A DNA stretch of 29,514 nucleotides from Actinomycetota bacterium (lineage in GTDB: Bacteria > Actinomycetota > UBA4738 > G016210805). How positions within the stretch are numbered: position 1 is the stretch's first letter; every line of letters begins with the position of its first letter. The position numbers and the translations under genes are program-made. Below the pieces are notes generated by a model that ran no database searches, was not told the origin of the DNA, and saw nothing but the letters and a program-made list of their open reading frames with translations. Location of the stretch: assembly GCA_016210805.1 (NCBI GenBank), contig JACQTL010000179.1:1-29514 (forward strand). The letters are read 5' to 3'. Positions 1 to 9,223 of this stretch are shown here, one piece after another.

Positions 1-229
1 CCACCAGAGCGGCCAGCTCGGCCCTGTCGACGGTGATCTCGAACCGCTCCTCGCCGTCCACCAGGACGACGGGGACCCGGATCCCGTAGGCCCGCTCGAG
101 CTCGTCGTCGCCGTCGATCAGGACCTCGCGGAACTCGAAGCGATGCCGGGCCCGGACGTCCAGCACGGCCTCCCGGGCCTCGTCGCAGAGGCCGCACCGC
201 TCCCGCGAGAACATCACCACCGACGCCAT
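1..229 (-). CDS. Glutaredoxin-like protein (DUF836 type), 3' end cut by the window edge
   Basis: Absent from the ORF track. Hand translation from ATG 229 gives MASVVMFSRERCGLCDEAREAV...ELERAYGIRVPVVLVDGEERFEITVD, with a CGLC motif and a cis-Pro-type VPV motif. A -10-like TACCAT lies at 240-245 on the minus strand. Confidence 0.9.
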   Translation of the reverse strand, partial: MASVVMFSRERCGLCDEAREAVLDVRARHRFEFREVLIDGDDELERAYGIRVPVVLVDGEERFEITVDRAELAALV

Positions 230-304
230 GGGGCCCCCGATGGTAGCCGAGCCCAAGGGGGCGCCGCCGTGCCATGTCCCCCCGCGACCGGGTAGAAAGG
301 GGCC

Positions 305-901
305 GTGCCGACGGGGGGAAGCCACGACGGGGGGAAGGACCACGACCAGTCCGACCTGTTCCTGCACGGAAGGCTGCGGGCCGGAGACCGGGAAGCCTTC
401 GAGGAGCTGTACCGGCGCTACGCCCGGCCGGCCTACGGGCTGGCGTACCGGGTGACCGGGCACGACCTGCTCGCTCAGGAGGTCGTGCACGACGCGTTCC
501 TGGCCCTGTGGAGGGCCCCGGAGGCCTACGACCCGGCCCGGGGGGCGTTCCGGACGTTCCTCCTGTCCCTGGTCCACCACCGGGCCGTGGACACGGTCCG
601 GCGGGAGGAGCGCCTCCGCCGCCGCACGGAGCGGGCCCTGAACCTCGAGCCCACCAGGGACGAAGATGTAGCGGAGGGCGTCGTCGAGGAGGCCTGGCTG
701 GCCGGGCGCAGGGAACAGGTCCGCCGGGCCGTCTCCACGTTGCCCCCCGACCAACGGACCGTGCTCGAGATGGCCTACTTCGGGGGGTACACGCAGGCCA
801 GGATCGCCGAGGAGCTCGGCGTCCCGCTCGGCACGGTCAAGACCAGGACGCTCGCGGCGCTCAGGAAGCTCCGCCGGGCGCTCTACGAACGGGAGGCATG
901 A
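305..901 (+). CDS. sigK: ECF sigma-70 factor, SigK-like
   Basis: Region 2 (AQEVVHDAFLALWR, HHRAVDTVRR) and region 4 (YFGGYTQARIAEELGVPLGTVKTR). ATGA overlap with the downstream anti-sigma gene. Confidence 0.88.
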   Translation: MPTGGSHDGGKDHDQSDLFLHGRLRAGDREAFEELYRRYARPAYGLAYRVTGHDLLAQEVVHDAFLALWRAPEAYDPARGAFRTFLLSLVHHRAVDTVRREERLRRRTERALNLEPTRDEDVAEGVVEEAWLAGRREQVRRAVSTLPPDQRTVLEMAYFGGYTQARIAEELGVPLGTVKTRTLAALRKLRRALYEREA

Positions 902-1626
902 CGCTGGACGCTCCGGACCACGACGGCATCGAGGAGCTCCTGGCCGGCTACGCGCTGCAGGCGCTGGAGGGCGAGGACGCGGCGCGGGCCGACCGTCTCC
1001 TCGCCGACCACGTCCCGTCCTGCGTCCGGTGCCGCGAGACCCTGGCGGACCTCCGAGGGCTCACCGGAGAGCTGGCCCTCCTGGCCCCCCCGAGGGAGCC
1101 CCCCGAGACGCTCCTCGCCGCCCTCCGCCGGGAGCTGGCCGAGCCGCCCGTGGTCCGCCGCCGGCCCGTGGCGGCGTGGGTGACCGCCGCGGCCGCCATG
1201 GTCGTCCTCGGGCTCTCCGGCTGGAACGCGATGCTCACCCAGCGGGTGACCCGGGCCGAGGAGTTCCAGTCGGCGATGTCCGAGGCCTTCTTCACCACGG
1301 CCAACCCGGCGTCCCAGACCGTCCAGGTCTCGGCCGAGGCCCAGGCCCCCACCCGCCTGTACCTGGCCTACCTGCCCGACGGCAACCGCATGTATCTCAT
1401 GGGCTCGGGGGTCCCCGATCCCCGCGAGGGCCACGTGTACTGGGTGTGGGGGTTCCGGGATGGGACCTTCGTGCCGATCGGGGCGTTCCTGCCCCACGAC
1501 GGCCTGGTCGTGCTGCGCATCGACGCCGCTCCGGGGGCCTTCGAGGGGATCGTGATCGCCGACGAGCGGGAGGGCCGGATCGGCCGCCTGCCCGGGGACG
1601 AGCGCTGGGCCACCAGGATCGGCTGA
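898..1626 (+). CDS. rskA: Anti-sigma factor, RskA-like, with zinc-binding (ZAS) N-terminus, one TM helix and an extracytoplasmic domain
   Basis: True start is ATG 898 inside track ORF 274..1626. Shows ELLAGYALQAL, HVPSCVRC (Hx3Cx2C), TM segment WVTAAAAMVVLGLSGWN and a C-terminal YWVW...GAF...GIVIADE RskA-type domain. Confidence 0.85.
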   Translation: MTLDAPDHDGIEELLAGYALQALEGEDAARADRLLADHVPSCVRCRETLADLRGLTGELALLAPPREPPETLLAALRRELAEPPVVRRRPVAAWVTAAAAMVVLGLSGWNAMLTQRVTRAEEFQSAMSEAFFTTANPASQTVQVSAEAQAPTRLYLAYLPDGNRMYLMGSGVPDPREGHVYWVWGFRDGTFVPIGAFLPHDGLVVLRIDAAPGAFEGIVIADEREGRIGRLPGDERWATRIG

Positions 1627-1634
1627 CGGGACGG

Positions 1635-3062
1635 TCAGAGGCCGCCCAGGCCCCTGGCCACCAGGAACCCGCCCATCCCCATGATCACGCCGGCGCTCCC
1701 CAGGGAGACCGCTCGGGACGCCGCGCCTCCCAGCCGGCGGCCCAGGGCGTCCCGGGTCCTCACGGCGAGGGTGGCCACCAGGGCCAGCGAGGTGGCCAGC
1801 CCCAGTCCGAAGGCGGCGATCAGCCCCAGGGCCAGGGCTACCCGGTGAGCGGCCACCCCGGCCAGGAGCACGAGCAGGGCGGTCGGCGATGGGAGGAGCC
1901 CGCCGGAGAGCGCGATCGCGGCCAGGCTCCGGCGGGACAGGAGCCCCCGCCCGGTTCCCTCGGGCGGATGCGCGTGGGGGTGGTCGTGGCCGGCGTGGTG
2001 GGGCCGCCAGGCCCGGATCCGGACCACGAGGAGCCACAGGCCGAGACCCACGGCGACCAGGCCGGCGAGCAGGCCGAGCCACGGGTAGACGCGCTCGGCG
2101 GGAACCAGCCGCTCGGCTCCCAGCACGACCGCCCCCAGCACGAGCACGGACGCGGTGTGCATCGTGGCCACGGCCAGCCCCACGGCCACGGCCTGGCCGG
2201 CCCGGCCGCCCGCCCCCACCAGGTAGGCCGCGGTGATCGTCTTGCCGTGGCCGGGGGCCAGGGCGTGGAGGGCCCCGAACCCCGCCGCCAGCAGGATCGA
2301 GAGGACCACCACGCCGGGGCCGAGCTCCGAGCGCGTGACCAGCCCGGCGAACCCGCCGGGCGCCGGTGAGGCCACCGGGGCGGGAGCCGGGGCCACCCGG
2401 TCGCCGCACGGCAGGACGGCCGAACCGTCGCGCTCCTCCTCGGAAGGCGCGAACGAGAACGTGGCCTCGGTCACGTCGGCCGGGTCCTGGAGGAGGTCCT
2501 CGGGGTACGAGCGGAGCCGGTCGCTGGGGCTCTCTACCGGCACGGTCGATCCCGAGAGGGCCACTCCCCCGGCGCCGGCCACGGAGACCTCCCGCCAGCC
2601 GATCAGCTCCGCGAAGTTGCCGTCGGAGTACCTGGCCAGCCCCCGCTCCCCCACCTCGGCCCCGTATCCGACCTCCAGGCGGATCGTGTCCAGCCCCCCC
2701 TGGCCGGGGAGGAGCTCGGCCGATGCGCAGTCGACCCGGAGCCCGACGGGGCGCCCGTCCACGGAGAGCTCCAGGTGTCGCCGGAGCTCGCCGGCCTTGG
2801 TCGTGGCCCAGGCGGCGAGCTCGCCGGGCGAGGCCTTCCCGTCGACGTCCGCGTCCAGGTACGCCATCTCCTGGAAGGCGGGGATCTCGGCGAGGTCCAG
2901 GACGTAACCCACCCGGATCTCCCCGGGGACGACGACCAGCCCGGACGAGGTGTTGACCGTGAAGTTGCCCAGGGGGTGAGCCAGGGCCGCCGGCCCCGGG
3001 GCCAGGAGCACGAGGGCCCCGGCGAGCGTGGCGGCCGCGGCGAGCCGGCGAGGGCTGATCAC
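1635..3062 (-). CDS. RcnA/NiCoT-like nickel/cobalt permease fused to a secreted N-terminal HPLGNF domain
   Basis: Start GTG 3062 overlaps the TPR stop (GTGA). Signal peptide ends ALA-HPLGNFTVN. C-terminal TM domain has GALHALAPGHGKT, a His-rich loop HHAGHDHPHAHP and SGGLLPSPTALLVLL. Confidence 0.82.
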   Translation of the reverse strand: MISPRRLAAAATLAGALVLLAPGPAALAHPLGNFTVNTSSGLVVVPGEIRVGYVLDLAEIPAFQEMAYLDADVDGKASPGELAAWATTKAGELRRHLELSVDGRPVGLRVDCASAELLPGQGGLDTIRLEVGYGAEVGERGLARYSDGNFAELIGWREVSVAGAGGVALSGSTVPVESPSDRLRSYPEDLLQDPADVTEATFSFAPSEEERDGSAVLPCGDRVAPAPAPVASPAPGGFAGLVTRSELGPGVVVLSILLAAGFGALHALAPGHGKTITAAYLVGAGGRAGQAVAVGLAVATMHTASVLVLGAVVLGAERLVPAERVYPWLGLLAGLVAVGLGLWLLVVRIRAWRPHHAGHDHPHAHPPEGTGRGLLSRRSLAAIALSGGLLPSPTALLVLLAGVAAHRVALALGLIAAFGLGLATSLALVATLAVRTRDALGRRLGGAASRAVSLGSAGVIMGMGGFLVARGLGGL

Positions 3063-4399
3063 CGGTCCGTCCCCAGCTCGGCCAGGAGGCGCGCCGCCAC
3101 GGGCGCGTGCAGCACGTGGAAGTGGGGGTTGATGGCCAGGGCCTCCGCCAGCCACCGGCGGGCCAGGGCGTGGCGCCCGGCGGCCAGGGCGATCACGCCG
3201 GCATGGTAGTGGAACGTGGCGTTCCGGTAGCCGAGGCGGAGGGCCTCCCGCGCGAGGGGGAGGGCGGCCTCGGGCCGCCCGGCCGCGTGGAGGGTCCAGG
3301 CCAGGGCGTCGGCCGCGTGCACGCTCGGCCGGCGGGCGTACTCCGCCCGGGCCCGGGACAGCGCGGACCCCAGGTCGGTCCCCCGGTCGGCGTGGAAGAG
3401 CGCGAGCTCGAGGTCGGTGTTGACGCCGTTCGCCTCGGCCAGGCGCTCCTGGACGTCCACCAGGGCGTCCATCCGCGCGGCGAGGTCCTCCCGGCCGGTG
3501 GCCAGGTACAGGTCGGCCAGGGCGATCACGTGCTCGGGCGCGGGAAGCCACTCCACCACGATCCGGTAGCCGCGGATCGCGGCGGCCCGGTGGCCCCGGG
3601 CCGCCGCCCCCCTGGCCAGCCCGGCCCGGGCCGGGACGAAGTCCGGGGCCAGGGCCAGGGCCCCCAGGTACGCCTCCCTGGCCGCGGACAGCTCGCCGGC
3701 GCCCCAGTGGAGCTCGCCTATCTGGTATCCGGCCCAGGCCGCGTCCTCCGGCGCCCCTCCGGCCGAGGAGAGCGCGAGCTCCATGGCAGCGATCGCCCCG
3801 GCCACGTCCCCCTGGAGCTCCCGGGCGTAGGCCACCCGCGCGTACGAGGACAGGTCGGGCCTCAGGTCGACCATGTCCTGATAGGCGGCGAAGGCCTCCC
3901 GGTACCGACCCAGCTCGAGGAGGGCATCCCCGATGACCCCGCGGGCCGCGGCGTCGTGGGGGTTCAGGGCCCGGGCGAGCTCGCCGTGCTCGAGGGCCGT
4001 GGCGAAGTCGTGCCGGGCCAGGGCCAGCACCCCCAGCCCGACGTGGGCGGAGGGATCGTCGTCCGGCCCGAGCTCGAGCGACCGGAGGAGGGCGACCTCT
4101 GCCTTGGAGTAGTAGGAGGGGTCCGCGGTCAGCCGGGCCTGCTGCACGTATGCCAGCCCCAGCGCCGCGTAGGATCGCCAGTCGTCGGGGACGGCCCGGA
4201 GGCGCTGCTGGAGCTGCGACACGAGCCGAGCCGCCGTCCCGGCCCCCAGCACGGGGCCGGCCTCGAGGGGTCCGGCCGGGTCCACACCGACCGGGGGGCG
4301 GACCGGGGGGGTCGGCCGGCCGGCGCCGATCGCGCCCACGCCGAACAGCGTGGCGGAGAGCGCCGCCACCGCCGCCACCCGCCTGGACCTCGTCCCCAT
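3059..4399 (-). CDS. Tetratricopeptide-repeat protein with N-terminal signal/anchor
   Basis: ATG 4399 preceded by GGAGG. Shows a hydrophobic N-terminus and repeated TPR-like helices (ALGLAYVQQAR, GDALLELGRYREAFAAYQ, FHYHAGVIALAAG). This type of gene is usually found beside DUF4331. Confidence 0.85.
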   Translation of the reverse strand: MGTRSRRVAAVAALSATLFGVGAIGAGRPTPPVRPPVGVDPAGPLEAGPVLGAGTAARLVSQLQQRLRAVPDDWRSYAALGLAYVQQARLTADPSYYSKAEVALLRSLELGPDDDPSAHVGLGVLALARHDFATALEHGELARALNPHDAAARGVIGDALLELGRYREAFAAYQDMVDLRPDLSSYARVAYARELQGDVAGAIAAMELALSSAGGAPEDAAWAGYQIGELHWGAGELSAAREAYLGALALAPDFVPARAGLARGAAARGHRAAAIRGYRIVVEWLPAPEHVIALADLYLATGREDLAARMDALVDVQERLAEANGVNTDLELALFHADRGTDLGSALSRARAEYARRPSVHAADALAWTLHAAGRPEAALPLAREALRLGYRNATFHYHAGVIALAAGRHALARRWLAEALAINPHFHVLHAPVAARLLAELGTDR

Positions 4400-4458
4400 C
4401 CCGCCTCCCGGCCGGGGGGTGGGGCGGGTCACCCCCGCCCCACCCGCTCCGCCATCCG

Positions 4459-5859
4459 CTAGATCTGGCCGTGCACCCCGGCGTCGGAGCCGGCGTGCGG
4501 CATGGCCACGTACGGGAACGAGCCCCCGAAGGGGAGGTCGTTCTCGTCCACGCCGTCGGCCAGGTCGTTCGGGTTCCCGACCAGCTCCCCCTCCACGACC
4601 TGCAGGGAGATGTCGATCACGTCGTCGACGAGCCGGCGGCCGTTCGGGTACCCGGCCACGTCGCCGCCGATCACCCCGAGGGGAGAGTGCTCCGCGCAGG
4701 GGCCCTCCTCGCAGGGCGGGATCGACATGTTCAGCCTGAGCATCTCGCCGGGCGTGATCGCGCCGACCTGCGCGTTGCCGGCCAGCGAGTTGAGCCCGTC
4801 GATCCCGGTGACGAACACGGACACCAGGTCGTCCCGAGGGGTGGCCGGCGCCGGGATCCCGTAGACGGCCTCGATCAGCCCCGGGAGCTCCGGGTCGGTC
4901 ACGTACCCCCCGAAGTTGGCCAGGTCCCCGGCTGGCTTCGATCCGTTCCACTTGTCCTTGTCGCCCACCGGGATGACCACCTCGTTCACGAGGGGCATGC
5001 CCAGCCGGGAGACCTGGACGAACGGCCCCGAGAGGTCCTGGGTGCCGTTCGCCTTCTGGACCCGGGTGCTCCGCCGGGAGGCGGTGCTCCAGATCCCGAT
5101 CACGGGGTTCTTCCCGGGGGCCTTGTTCAGCGCCAGCTGGGCCTTGGGGACCTGGATGGCCAGGGTGTTCACGTTGAACCCGGCCAGCGTGTCGTCACCC
5201 GCCTCCGAGAAGTCGGCCCCGTACAGGAGGTCGAAGACTCGGAGGTCCAGGAAGAACGGGTCGTCGGACTGGCCGGCGAACGCCCTGCTCGTGCCGTTCA
5301 TGAAGGGCCGGACCCCCGCGGACATGAGGGCCGCGTAGTTGGGCATCGACGCGGCGCCCACGTAGCTCGGGACCACGGGGGCGTCGTGGAGCAGCAGGAC
5401 CCCCGGCTGCCCCCTCCGGATCCTGGTGAGGTCGTACCTCTGCCGGATCAGGAGGTTGGGGTCGCCGAGCGACGTGACCGGCCCGTTGTTCATGATGAAC
5501 GAGCCGGGGTTCACGTGGATCGTGTCGAACGTGAACCGGTAGGTGATGTCCCACACGGCGTCGCCGTCGTTGTCGACCTTGATGTCGTAGCGGGCGTTCT
5601 CGTCGAACAGGTAGAAGTTCGGGCCTCCGGCCGGCTCCTCGAACGGGATCCAGCTGGAGATGATCGTCACGGTGTTCGGCCTGTCGGGCGAGACGAACGC
5701 GTAGACGTCGGTGTTGTCGACCCGGGGGTCGCCCGCGATGAGCGGCGCCTCCCGGTGGCTCGACGCGCCTCCGGGCGCCGGGCCGAGCCCCGCGAACAGG
5801 CCCGTCCCCAGCGCCAGCGACGCCACCGCCGCGACCGCCGCCCGGCGGGTTCGCTTCAT
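4459..5859 (-). CDS. DUF4331 family secreted protein
   Basis: Signal peptide MKRTRRAAVAAVASLALG, then SSHREAP...DNTDVYAF, GGPNFY.FD...RYDIKVDNDGDA, FAGQSDDPFFLD, QVSRLGMPLVNEV and GYPNGRRLVDDV. RBS GAGGAGAGG upstream; alternative start GTG 5868. Confidence 0.9.
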   Translation of the reverse strand: MKRTRRAAVAAVASLALGTGLFAGLGPAPGGASSHREAPLIAGDPRVDNTDVYAFVSPDRPNTVTIISSWIPFEEPAGGPNFYLFDENARYDIKVDNDGDAVWDITYRFTFDTIHVNPGSFIMNNGPVTSLGDPNLLIRQRYDLTRIRRGQPGVLLLHDAPVVPSYVGAASMPNYAALMSAGVRPFMNGTSRAFAGQSDDPFFLDLRVFDLLYGADFSEAGDDTLAGFNVNTLAIQVPKAQLALNKAPGKNPVIGIWSTASRRSTRVQKANGTQDLSGPFVQVSRLGMPLVNEVVIPVGDKDKWNGSKPAGDLANFGGYVTDPELPGLIEAVYGIPAPATPRDDLVSVFVTGIDGLNSLAGNAQVGAITPGEMLRLNMSIPPCEEGPCAEHSPLGVIGGDVAGYPNGRRLVDDVIDISLQVVEGELVGNPNDLADGVDENDLPFGGSFPYVAMPHAGSDAGVHGQI

Positions 5860-5983
5860 GGTGGTCACAGGGATCCTCTCCTCGTCTCTTCGGCTGGTCG
5901 CTGTCGCCGCCCCGCCGGCCGGACCCCCCGACCCGGCGCCGCCATCACCTCCCGCCAACACGTGCGGCGGCGATCGGGCGTAC

Positions 5984-6009
5984 TTCGCGGCGGAGGGGCG
6001 ATCGGATCA
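5984..6009 (-). promoter_or_regulatory. Candidate SigK-type ECF promoter for the DUF4331 operon (TGATCC-N16-CGAA)
   Basis: Minus strand reads TGATCC gatcgcccctccgccg CGAA. The ATCC-N16-CGAA core matches the mycobacterial SigK consensus CCATCC-N15-CCGAA as I recall it. The TGA is also the stop codon of the upstream gene, so coincidence is possible. Confidence 0.5.
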
Positions 6010-6678
6010 GCGGTGAGCGCGGGAGGCCCGGAGGAACCCCCAGAACATCACGGCGATCCCTCCGGTCAGGGTGAGGGAGAAGCCCACCAGGATGCCCTTA
6101 GCCGCGAAGGCGGAGCCGCCGGCCACGATCGTCGCGCCGAGGGCGATGAGGAGGGTTCCCCAGAACCGGTCCCGGAGCTCGCGGCGACCCCGCATCCGCC
6201 AGGCCGACCACAGCGTGCCGAGGACCAGGACGGCGTACCCCACGTAGCTGTAGAGCACCCCGAGGCGGTAGGCGTCGCTGGTCGCCCCGAGGACGTCCTT
6301 CCCCGAGGGCAGGTCCTCTCCCAGGGCCCCGACGGCGATCAGGGCGTCGGTGACCCGGGCCACCGCGAAGGCCGTGGCGAACACGAGCACCAGGAAGACG
6401 CCCCAGGCCACCTCCCGCCTGGGGACGAGCAGGAACAGCTCACCCTGGGCCAGGTAGGGAACCGTGAGGACCGCGCCGAGCAGCCAGTACGCCCGGAACT
6501 CCGCGGGGGTCCACCCCGACAGGGCTCCGAGCATGAGGGCCGCCGAGGCGCCGGCGTACATCAGGAGGGCCAGGGCCCAGAAGGCCTGGTGGGGCCGGCG
6601 GCGGGCCAGGAACTGCCGGCCGAGAAGCCCGGCGAAGGCGAGCGAGAAGAGCGCCGAGAGGAGCGGCAGGACCCACAC
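6007..6678 (-). CDS. Hypothetical polytopic membrane protein (about 6-7 TM)
   Basis: 223 aa with repeated hydrophobic segments and GC3-rich codons. Starts 1 nt after the acyl-CoA ligase stop. Confidence 0.8.
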   Translation of the reverse strand: MWVLPLLSALFSLAFAGLLGRQFLARRRPHQAFWALALLMYAGASAALMLGALSGWTPAEFRAYWLLGAVLTVPYLAQGELFLLVPRREVAWGVFLVLVFATAFAVARVTDALIAVGALGEDLPSGKDVLGATSDAYRLGVLYSYVGYAVLVLGTLWSAWRMRGRRELRDRFWGTLLIALGATIVAGGSAFAAKGILVGFSLTLTGGIAVMFWGFLRASRAHR

Positions 6679-6679
6679 G

Positions 6680-8233
6680 TCAGACCTCCTCCCCCCGGCC
6701 CAGGACCTCCTCCCCCCGCAGGGCCCGCCGGAGCAGCTTACCGGTGGCGTGCCTGGGGAGCTCGGGCACGATCTCGACCTCCCGGGGGACCTTGAACCGG
6801 GCCAGGAGCCCGGCGGCGTGGTCGATCAGCTCGTCGGGCGACGCCCGGGCCCCCGGGTGGAGGACCACCGAGACCCTGACCGCCTCGCCGGTCCGCTCGT
6901 CGGGGACCCCGATCGCGGCGGCCTCCGACACCGCCGGATGGCGGAGCAGCGCCTCCTCCACCTCCCGGGGGTACACGTTGAACCCCGAAACGATGACCAG
7001 GTCCTTCTTCCGGTCCACCAGGTACAGATAGCCGTCCTCGTCCCGGTACGCCACGTCCCCCGTGCGGAGCCAGCCGCCCTGGATCGCCCGGGCGGTCTCG
7101 TCCTCCCGGCCCCAGTACCCCAGGAACACGTTCGGGCCCCGGACCACGATCTCCCCGGGATCGCCCTCCTCGACGTCGTCGCCGTCGTCGTCCACCAGGC
7201 GGACCTCCACCCCGGGGAGGGGCAGGCCGATCGAGTCGGGCCGGGCCTCCGGGCCCAGGGCGTTGGTGGTCACGGCGGGCGCCGTCTCGGTCAGGCCGTA
7301 GCCCTCCCAGATCGTGACCCCGTATCGCTCCCGGAACCCCTCCAGGACCTCGCCGGGGAGGGGGGCGGCCCCCGACACCGCGATCCGCACGGACGACAGG
7401 TCCCGCTCCCGTCCGTCATCGAGGGCCAGCCATCCCCGGAACATGGGCGGCGCGCCGAACAGCGCCGTGATCCGGTGGCGCTCCACGAGGTCCAGGGTCC
7501 CGGCAGGGTCGAACCGGGAGCCCGGGTCGTGGGACACGAGCACCGCCGTGGCTCCGTGGCGGATCGTGATCCCCAGGACGACGTTCAGGGCGTAGATGTG
7601 GAACAGGGGCAGCACGAGGAGGACGACGTCTCGCTCCGCCCCGGCCAGGGCGGGGACGGCCTCCATCTGGTCGAGGTTCGACAGCAGGTTGCGGTGCGTG
7701 AGCATGGCGCCCTTGGGGTGGGCCGTCGTCCCGGACGTGTACTGGAGGACGGCCAGGTCGTCGTCGCCCACGGCGACCTCCGGCGCGTCCCCGGCTCGCC
7801 CCAGGGCCTCCTCGAACGACTCGGTCCCCGGAGGGACGGGTGGCCCGGTCACGACCTGGATGCGCTCGAGGCTTTGGAGCCGATCGCGGACGGCGAGCAG
7901 GGCGGACAGGTGGCTCATCCCGACGACCGCCAGCCGGGCACCGGCGTCGGCCAGGATGTAGCCGAGCTCCTCGGAGGTCAGCATCACGTTCAGCGGGACG
8001 GCCACGGCCCCGGCCCGGAAGGCCCCGTGGAGCGCGTAGACGAACTCGGGGACGTTCCCGAGGATGACGGCGACCCGGTCGCCGGGTCGCACCCCTGCGG
8101 ACGCGAAGGCCGCGGCGGCCAGCGAGGCTCGTTCGTCGAGCTCGCGGTACGTGATCGGTCGGTCCCTGAAGACGAGGGCCGGCTTGTCGGGGAGCCGGGT
8201 CGCGGTAAAGGACAGGAGATCCGAGAGGTTCAT
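6680..8233 (-). CDS. fadD: Long-chain acyl-CoA synthetase (AMP-binding family)
   Basis: YTSGTTAHPKG AMP-binding motif, EGYGLTET, LRTGD, DRKKDLVIVSGFNVYPREVEE and a C-terminal GK motif. Confidence 0.92.
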   Translation of the reverse strand: MNLSDLLSFTATRLPDKPALVFRDRPITYRELDERASLAAAAFASAGVRPGDRVAVILGNVPEFVYALHGAFRAGAVAVPLNVMLTSEELGYILADAGARLAVVGMSHLSALLAVRDRLQSLERIQVVTGPPVPPGTESFEEALGRAGDAPEVAVGDDDLAVLQYTSGTTAHPKGAMLTHRNLLSNLDQMEAVPALAGAERDVVLLVLPLFHIYALNVVLGITIRHGATAVLVSHDPGSRFDPAGTLDLVERHRITALFGAPPMFRGWLALDDGRERDLSSVRIAVSGAAPLPGEVLEGFRERYGVTIWEGYGLTETAPAVTTNALGPEARPDSIGLPLPGVEVRLVDDDGDDVEEGDPGEIVVRGPNVFLGYWGREDETARAIQGGWLRTGDVAYRDEDGYLYLVDRKKDLVIVSGFNVYPREVEEALLRHPAVSEAAAIGVPDERTGEAVRVSVVLHPGARASPDELIDHAAGLLARFKVPREVEIVPELPRHATGKLLRRALRGEEVLGRGEEV

Positions 8234-8326
8234 CGGGGCCGAAGTCTATCCGGCCCTCCCCCCGGGAGGTCCGTTCCGCGCTGATACGATTCACCAGCCC
8301 CCATCGGACCGAGAGGTCGCTCCCAG

Positions 8327-9139
8327 GTGCACGCTCCGCCCAAACTGCTGGTCAGCACGGCTCCGTTCTTCCGGCAGCCGCTCCGGGAGGCGTTCCGCGC
8401 CGTTGCGGAGAGCGGATACCGCTCGGTGGAGGTCATGGTCACCCAGGACCCCGCCACCCAGGAGCCGCACCTCCTCGCCGGCTTGGCCGGCGAGTTCGAC
8501 CTCGCGGTCGAGGCCATCCACGCCCCCTTCCTCTTGATGACCCGGCGGGTATGGGGCACCGAGCCGACCGGGAAGATCTACCGGGCGGTGCGCCTGGCCG
8601 AGGAGGTCGGGGCCTCCCTGGTCGTGATCCACCCGCCCTACCGCTGGCAGGTCCGGTTCCGCCGGTGGATCGAGAGGAGCCTGGCCGAGTTCTCGGCCAG
8701 GACCGGAGTGATGGTGGCGGTGGAGAACATGTTCCCCGTCCGGTTGGGGGGCGAGCGGGGCGGGCTCACCTTCCACGCCGGGCAGCAGATCGAGGACCTG
8801 GAGCGGTACCCCTACCTCGTGCTCGACACGAGCCATGCCGCGGTGTCGGGACTGGACATCCTGGACTTCTTCCGCCGATACCAGGAGAAGATCCTCCACG
8901 TCCACCTGTCGAACAACGCCGGGAAGGGCTGGGACTCGCACCTGCCCGTGTACGAGGGCGTGCTCCCCACCAAGGACTTCCTCGACCTGGTCCGGGGCTC
9001 GGGGTTCGCGGGCACCGTCTCCCTCGAGCTCGACCTCCGCCCCTACCTCCGCGACGAGAAGCTCACCCGCGAGGTCCTGGTCCGCAACCGCGAGTTCTGC
9101 GAGGCCCACCTGGCCCTGGCCCCCGACCCCGGCCGCTGA
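8327..9139 (+). CDS. Sugar phosphate isomerase/epimerase (xylose-isomerase-like TIM barrel)
   Basis: Metal-binding pattern AIHAP, VVIHPP, AVENM, LDTSHA, HVHLS, DSHLP and VSLE. -10-like TACGAT and RBS GAGG upstream. Confidence 0.85.
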   Translation: MHAPPKLLVSTAPFFRQPLREAFRAVAESGYRSVEVMVTQDPATQEPHLLAGLAGEFDLAVEAIHAPFLLMTRRVWGTEPTGKIYRAVRLAEEVGASLVVIHPPYRWQVRFRRWIERSLAEFSARTGVMVAVENMFPVRLGGERGGLTFHAGQQIEDLERYPYLVLDTSHAAVSGLDILDFFRRYQEKILHVHLSNNAGKGWDSHLPVYEGVLPTKDFLDLVRGSGFAGTVSLELDLRPYLRDEKLTREVLVRNREFCEAHLALAPDPGR

Positions 9140-9223
9140 CCCCTTCCTCCCGGCAACCCTTGCCATCCACGGCGCCCGGCCGCATCATCTCGCCGACGCG
9201 GCGCCATCGAGGCGAGATCGCCC

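Noticed and set aside
5860-5961. TTG 5961 start for DUF4331 given by the track
   Set aside because: It adds low-complexity residues before the signal peptide; the RBS fits GTG 5868 or ATG 5859.
883-7031. Long alternative-frame ORFs (883..2409, 1029..2369, 3107..4462, 4150..6795 and similar throughout the window)
   Set aside because: They are Arg/Pro/Gly-rich shadow frames of real genes, expected from stop-codon scarcity at high GC, and carry no motifs.
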